Shown here: positions 27,945-32,000 of the stretch, one piece after another
Position numbering within the stretch: the first letter of the stretch is position 1
How the letters are laid out: every line of letters begins with the position of its first letter
From: Pirellula staleyi DSM 6068
GTDB taxonomy: Bacteria > Planctomycetota > Planctomycetia > Pirellulales > Pirellulaceae
Direction of reading: 5' to 3'
Assembly: GCA_000025185.1 (NCBI GenBank)
Contig: CP001848.1
Coordinates: 6,030,001-6,062,000 of the forward strand
Length of the DNA: 32,000 nt
Made by a program: the position numbers and the translations under genes
The notes under the pieces: model-generated
Databases searched by the model: none
What the model was told of the DNA's origin: nothing
Seen by the model: only the letters and a program-made list of their open reading frames with translations

Positions 27945-29216
27945 ATGGCAGACGTTACGCTACGTGGCGTCTCCAAGACTTTCTCCGGTGGTCGGCAAGC
28001 AGTCACGGCGGTCGATCTGGACGTTCCTGCAGGCGAGCTACTCGTGCTCGTCGGCCCGAGCGGTTCCGGTAAAACGACCCTCTTGCGGCTGATCGCGGGA
28101 CTCGAAAAACCTGACGTGGGTGAAGTGCTGATTGGCGGCAGCTCGATGCAGGCCACGCCCCCTCACCGGCGCGATGTGGCGATGGTGTTTCAGTCGCTGG
28201 CTCTCTATGGGCACATGCGAGTGAAAGATCATGTGGCAGCAGGACTTACGCGATCGTCAGGAAGTGGCTGGATAGGCCCATGGTGGCGAGCTTGCTCGCG
28301 GCTGTGGGGAGCGATGCTGGGTAGCCCCAAAGCTGGCTCAGCATTGCGGGACAGACTTTCCCCGAGCGAAATACAAAGGCGGGTGACGTGGGCTGCAGAG
28401 CTCACGAGCATCACGCCTTTGCTTGATTTTATGCCCGAGGATTTGTCAGGCGGTGAGCAGCAGCGAGTGGCACTGGCGCGTGCTTTGGTGCGTAAGCCGA
28501 AACTGTTCCTGCTCGACGAGCCCCTCTCCAGCCTCGATGGTCCGCTACGAACCAACTTGGCCCGCGAGATTCGACAGCTTCAGAAGCAAACCGGCATGAC
28601 GATGATTTATGTGACTCACGATTATCGCGAAGCAACCAGCATGGGCGACCGCCTAGCTGTGCTCGACGGCGGTCGTCTGTCGCAAATCGGCACGCCCCAC
28701 CAGTTGCTCGACGCCCCCACGTCGCTTCGCACTGCTCGGCTGTTTGCTTATCCCACGCTTAACGAAATCTCTGGCCGCCTGATGCCTCAAGCAGCAGGTC
28801 TCGCCTTCGTAGCCGATCAATATCCCGAGCCACTTTTGACCGGCCTTGCCGCTGAGAACTTCTCGCGCGATACCGCGTCACTTCTGCAGGAGCGCATCAC
28901 CCTGGCATTTCGCCCCGCATCGGTCGAGATTGATGGATCTGCTGAAGCGGCGATTAGCGCCCTGCGTATTGCTGCCAAGGTGACAAGCATTCGCCGTGCT
29001 GGCGACTTGGTGACAACCGAGCTCACGGCGACTAGCCCAGAGCTAACGCTGATGGCTAGCTGCACGTCGATGCCCCAGCACCGCGAGGGAGACTCGGTCA
29101 TCGCCTTCGTGCCCACAAGACAACTATTCTGGTTCGACTCGTCGACGGGTGAGTCAATCGGGGCTGTGCGAGACTCTTCGCCAGACCTCGGGCCTTCGAG
29201 CCGTGTGAGGAAATAG
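27945..29216 (+). CDS. MalK/UgpC-type ABC transporter ATP-binding protein (orphan, with internal insert)
   Basis: Start at ATG 27945 ([13 protein letters not shown]). Walker [11 protein letters not shown]-loop VFQSLALY, signature LSGGEQQRV, Walker B LFLLDEP, H-loop YVTHD, and a C-terminal MalK-like regulatory/TOBE-like domain. The stop codon lies 4 nt before the nusA ATG. Confidence 0.85.
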   Translation: MADVTLRGVSKTFSGGRQAVTAVDLDVPAGELLVLVGPSGSGKTTLLRLIAGLEKPDVGEVLIGGSSMQATPPHRRDVAMVFQSLALYGHMRVKDHVAAGLTRSSGSGWIGPWWRACSRLWGAMLGSPKAGSALRDRLSPSEIQRRVTWAAELTSITPLLDFMPEDLSGGEQQRVALARALVRKPKLFLLDEPLSSLDGPLRTNLAREIRQLQKQTGMTMIYVTHDYREATSMGDRLAVLDGGRLSQIGTPHQLLDAPTSLRTARLFAYPTLNEISGRLMPQAAGLAFVADQYPEPLLTGLAAENFSRDTASLLQERITLAFRPASVEIDGSAEAAISALRIAAKVTSIRRAGDLVTTELTATSPELTLMASCTSMPQHREGDSVIAFVPTRQLFWFDSSTGESIGAVRDSSPDLGPSSRVRK

Positions 29217-29220
29217 ACCC

Positions 29221-30435
29221 ATGAATCCTGCTGATATGTTGCGTATTGTCGATTCTCTCCATCGCGAGAAGAACATCGATAAAGATGTCGTTTTTCAAGC
29301 TATTGAGGCGGCTCTCGTCTCAGCGGCGAAGAAGCACTACGGCGATGCCGCCGACATCACGATCAACATCGATCGCAACACCGGAGCTCTCTCCGGCATA
29401 GCCGATGGCCAAGCGCTCGACCCTGAGGAAATCAGTGGTCGCATTGGTGCTCAAACGGCCAAGCAAGTGATCATTCAAAAGATTCGTGAAGCAGAGCGCG
29501 ACTCGCTCCTCGGCGAATATGGCGATCAAATCGGCCAGCTGATCAACGGCGTGGTCACCCGCAGCGAGGGAGCAGCGACGATTGTGTCGCTCGGTACCAT
29601 CGAAGCCATTCTGCCTCGCAGCGAGCAAATCCCGGGCGAAACGCATCATCCGAACGAACGCGTTCGCGCGATTGTGTTTGAAGTGAAGCCACAAGGAAGC
29701 CGCGTGAAAGTGGTGCTCAGCCGCACCCGTCCGCAGTTCGTGCAGCGTCTGTTCGAGCAAGAGATTCCAGAAATCGCCGATGGCGTGATCAGCGTGAATG
29801 CGATCGCTCGCGAACCAGCCCACCGCAGCAAGGTGGCTGTCAGCAGCACCGATCAGCGCGTCGATTGCGTCGGCGCCTGCGTCGGTGTGCGCGGCAATCG
29901 TATTAAGAACATTGTCGACGAACTCTCGGGCGAACGGATCGATATTGTTCGCTGGAGCGACGACGCCGAAACCCTGATTCGCGCTTCGCTGCAACCAGCG
30001 GAAGTCGATCAAGTGCTGCTGTGCGATATGATCGGCCGCGCGATCGTGCTGGTCCGCGAAGATCAGCTGTCGCTGGCAATTGGCCGTAAAGGTCAGAACG
30101 TTCGACTCGCCAGCAAGCTTTGCGGCTGGGACATCGAAATCATGACCAACGACGAGCTCGAACAGCAAATCGACCGCGCTGTGGGTGGCTTCTCGAAGAT
30201 CGAAGGGGTGACGGAAGAACTGGCTCAGCGACTCGTGGAGCAAGGCTATCTGTCGTACGACGATCTTTCGGTGATCGAACCCGACGCCCTGATGGAAATG
30301 GGTGGACTGACCGAAGAGCAGGTCGAAGAGATCGTGAACCAGGCGGAAACCCTGGCAACCGACGCTGAACGGGCTGCTGACGAAGAACGCCGCCGCAAAC
30401 GCGAAGAGCGTGCCAGCGAAGGGGCTAGCGAATAG
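29221..30435 (+). CDS. nusA: transcription termination/antitermination factor NusA
   Basis: The N-terminal domain ([32 protein letters not shown]), S1 domain and two KH domains ([40 protein letters not shown]) are all recognisable. Confidence 0.95.
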   Translation: MNPADMLRIVDSLHREKNIDKDVVFQAIEAALVSAAKKHYGDAADITINIDRNTGALSGIADGQALDPEEISGRIGAQTAKQVIIQKIREAERDSLLGEYGDQIGQLINGVVTRSEGAATIVSLGTIEAILPRSEQIPGETHHPNERVRAIVFEVKPQGSRVKVVLSRTRPQFVQRLFEQEIPEIADGVISVNAIAREPAHRSKVAVSSTDQRVDCVGACVGVRGNRIKNIVDELSGERIDIVRWSDDAETLIRASLQPAEVDQVLLCDMIGRAIVLVREDQLSLAIGRKGQNVRLASKLCGWDIEIMTNDELEQQIDRAVGGFSKIEGVTEELAQRLVEQGYLSYDDLSVIEPDALMEMGGLTEEQVEEIVNQAETLATDAERAADEERRRKREERASEGASE

Positions 30436-31212
30436 CTTTCGCTCCGTCGACTTGCTGGGTGAAAAATGCACTGCTGGCTCAATCCAGCGGTGCCGAATGA
30501 TGCCCAATCAAGCGACAAAATCCAACTGCCAGTTGCTGGCGTGCTGTTAAGCACAGCTGTTTCGACAAGAAACCTTGCCAGAAGCGATAAAACTTCGCGC
30601 CGCGACGCTGGTATTTTGGCTCTTGAGGCGTTACATTACTGAATCACTCCCCACCGGGCGTGCCAAGCGCAATTTGATTTCTCGCTCAAGCCTTCGCGAT
30701 CGGACTAATTTCCGGCAGCTAGCAGGCTTGAGAGGGGGCTGACTTATGTTTCGGTCCTGCGGCTACTTTCTAGGGAATTGCTTGTTCCTGTGATTGCTCA
30801 GCTCGCGGCCGGCTAGCGGCCCTCTTCTGCGAGCGATCGAGCGATTCTTTTCCTGTCGAACTTTACGAAGCTCGCGAGGTCTTAAAACCTCTTGTAGCTC
30901 GAGCCATTTATGGCCGTAAATCCTTTGACAGTAAGGCTCTAGTCGAGCGGCACCCTGGGTGTTTGACCCCCATGTATTGCAGTATGCAATGCACGAGACA
31001 ACTCAAACCAAGGGCCGGGGAGCTGTTCGGGTGGAACTTCTGCTGGCACATGGTGTGGCATGTGGCAATTGCCTTTTCGGTTGCAAGGGCGATGCGTGCA
31101 GAGGAGATCGATTACATGAGTTAACTAGCCAGGCAACCCCGATCGATCAGGCTTACCCCACAACGTACCAGGGGCGGGTCCTGATGGCAGATCGCGGCAT
31201 AGGAGGGCGCAC

Positions 31213-32000
31213 GTGCCCATTCGGATTTACGCGTTAGCAAAAGATCTCAAGATCGACAGCAAAGACCTCGTAGATCTCTGCACCAAAGCAGGGATTACCG
31301 GGAAGGGCTCGGCGCTGGCCAGCCTCGAAGATGATGAAGTAACGAAGCTCAAGTCGTATCTCGATGGCGCGTCGAAACGATCGGCTCCTGCTCCTGCCGC
31401 TCCGCTGGTTGACATGAAGGCGGTACTGGCTTCGCCAGTTGGCTCAACAGCCACACTTCCACCTCCGCCTCCCCCACCACCGAAGACTCCCCCGAAGCGC
31501 TCGGCCCCCGTCGTGGAAGAACCGACGCCAGCTGTTGCTGAAGAGGCTGCGCCGACTCCGCCCCCTGAGCCTGTCGCAGAACCAACTCCACCTCCCGTGG
31601 TCGTGGCCGAAACGCCCGTCCCCGTCGAGCCGAAGGTCGAGGAAGCTCCCGCAGCTCCAGCTGTGAAAGTACCGCCACCGGCTCCTACCGTTCGCGTTGC
31701 TCCTGCAGCTCCCAAGACCACCCCTCCTCGCAAAGAGCAAGCCCCTCCCGCTGCTCCTGCGGCCAGCAATCCGTCGGCAACTCCGACGCCTCCTCCTGGC
31801 AATGCTCCGTCGACACCTCCACCGTCGAGCTCCCCAAACGCTCCCCAACGTCGTCAGCCAGGGCCTTTGGCCCCGCGTCCTGCCGATATGGCCCCGGTAC
31901 GTGGTGACTCGCTTAGCCCAGGTCGCCGCCCCGGCATCATCAAGGTGCTGGATGCTGGCAAACGAAACGTCGAAACCAAGGGGAAAGAAGGGGGCGCACC
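31213..32000 (+). CDS. infB: translation initiation factor IF-2, N-terminal part (3' end runs off window)
   Basis: This gene is not in the supplied ORF track because no stop falls within the window. I translated it by hand: GTG at 31213, preceded by AGGAGG (31201-31206). It gives VPIRIYALAKDLKIDSKDLVDLCTKAGITGKGSALASLEDDEVTKLKSYL (IF2 N-terminal domain) followed by a Pro/Ala-rich linker. The frame is open to position 32000. Confidence 0.9.
   Translation, partial: MPIRIYALAKDLKIDSKDLVDLCTKAGITGKGSALASLEDDEVTKLKSYLDGASKRSAPAPAAPLVDMKAVLASPVGSTATLPPPPPPPPKTPPKRSAPVVEEPTPAVAEEAAPTPPPEPVAEPTPPPVVVAETPVPVEPKVEEAPAAPAVKVPPPAPTVRVAPAAPKTTPPRKEQAPPAAPAASNPSATPTPPPGNAPSTPPPSSSPNAPQRRQPGPLAPRPADMAPVRGDSLSPGRRPGIIKVLDAGKRNVETKGKEGGA

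Noticed and set aside
29320-30507. 395-aa minus-strand ORF covering nusA.
   Set aside because: It is antisense to an unambiguous NusA, and its translation has no recognisable motif and odd composition.
30466-30642. 58-aa ORF (MHCWLNPAVPNDAQ...) just after nusA, below the ORF-track length cutoff.
   Set aside because: It has no ribosome-binding site, no recognisable motif and no YlxR-like RxCxxC/GRGAY pattern. Its composition looks non-coding.
31044-31073. Three TGGCA motifs and GGCAATTGCC, considered as a sigma-54 promoter (TGGCAC-N5-TTGC).
   Set aside because: In every register the GG-to-GC spacing is off by 2 nt from the -24/-12 consensus. The same was true for TGGCACTGGCAGCAAG at 20501.
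30959-31237. 92-aa Cys-containing ORF (CGNCLFGCKGDAC) in the nusA-infB spacer; possible small zinc-binding protein or YlxR substitute.
   Set aside because: It has a GTG start without a ribosome-binding site and many A/T-ending and rare-looking codons, unlike the neighbouring genes. It runs through the infB Shine-Dalgarno sequence and start, and has no YlxR motifs. I kept it only as part of the spacer finding.
31227-31848. Minus-strand Gly/Ala-rich ORFs (191, 134 and 109 aa) and a plus-strand 75-aa ORF at the window end.
   Set aside because: They are antisense or out of frame to the Pro/Ala-rich IF2 linker. The infB frame has a strong AGGAGG ribosome-binding site and a recognisable N-terminal domain.
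1-32000. Search for CRISPR arrays, IS elements or terminal inverted repeats, phage genes, toxin-antitoxin pairs and defence-system ATPases or nucleases.
   Set aside because: I saw no regularly spaced direct repeats and no transposase, integrase or recombinase translations. The only tandem repeat is the coding 18-mer array in the rluB-like gene.

Overview
This window reads as a chromosomal, mostly housekeeping stretch of a moderately GC-rich bacterium (about 55-60% GC, judged by eye). A Tat-signal prenyltransferase-repeat protein, a BNR sialidase, very long low-complexity protein tails and an oversized TatC suggest Planctomycetota (Pirellulales-like); that placement is inference only. I support 21 CDS: glgX (5' partial), GH33 sialidase, AlkC/YhaZ-like alkylation-repair protein, Pat-like acyl-CoA synthetase/GNAT, FAR-like SDR reductase, GT2, prenyltransferase-repeat protein, cobA-hemD fusion, TPR protein, rpsT, pyrK, rluB-like, secreted hypothetical, small lipoprotein-like ORF, manA, tatC, priA, solA-like oxidase, ABC ATPase, nusA, and infB (3' partial, missing from the ORF track). 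I also support one tRNA-Lys(UUU) and several hairpin terminators. I saw no transposase, integrase, phage gene, CRISPR array, toxin-antitoxin pair or recognisable defence gene. I did not find a convincing self-contained novel multi-gene system. The most unusual items are: (1) an RluB-type pseudouridine synthase with a ~545-aa acidic plus RG-repeat tail; (2) a TatC with a ~220-aa insertion in its first periplasmic loop, which contains an internal duplication; (3) an atypical nusA-infB locus, with an orphan ABC ATPase (itself carrying a Trp-rich insert) directly upstream of nusA where rimP usually sits, a repeat- and hairpin-bearing leader, and a 777-bp ORF-poor nusA-infB spacer; (4) a loose lipid/envelope-flavoured gene group next to the tRNA. 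All functional readings come from motifs recognised by eye in the translations; no searches were run.
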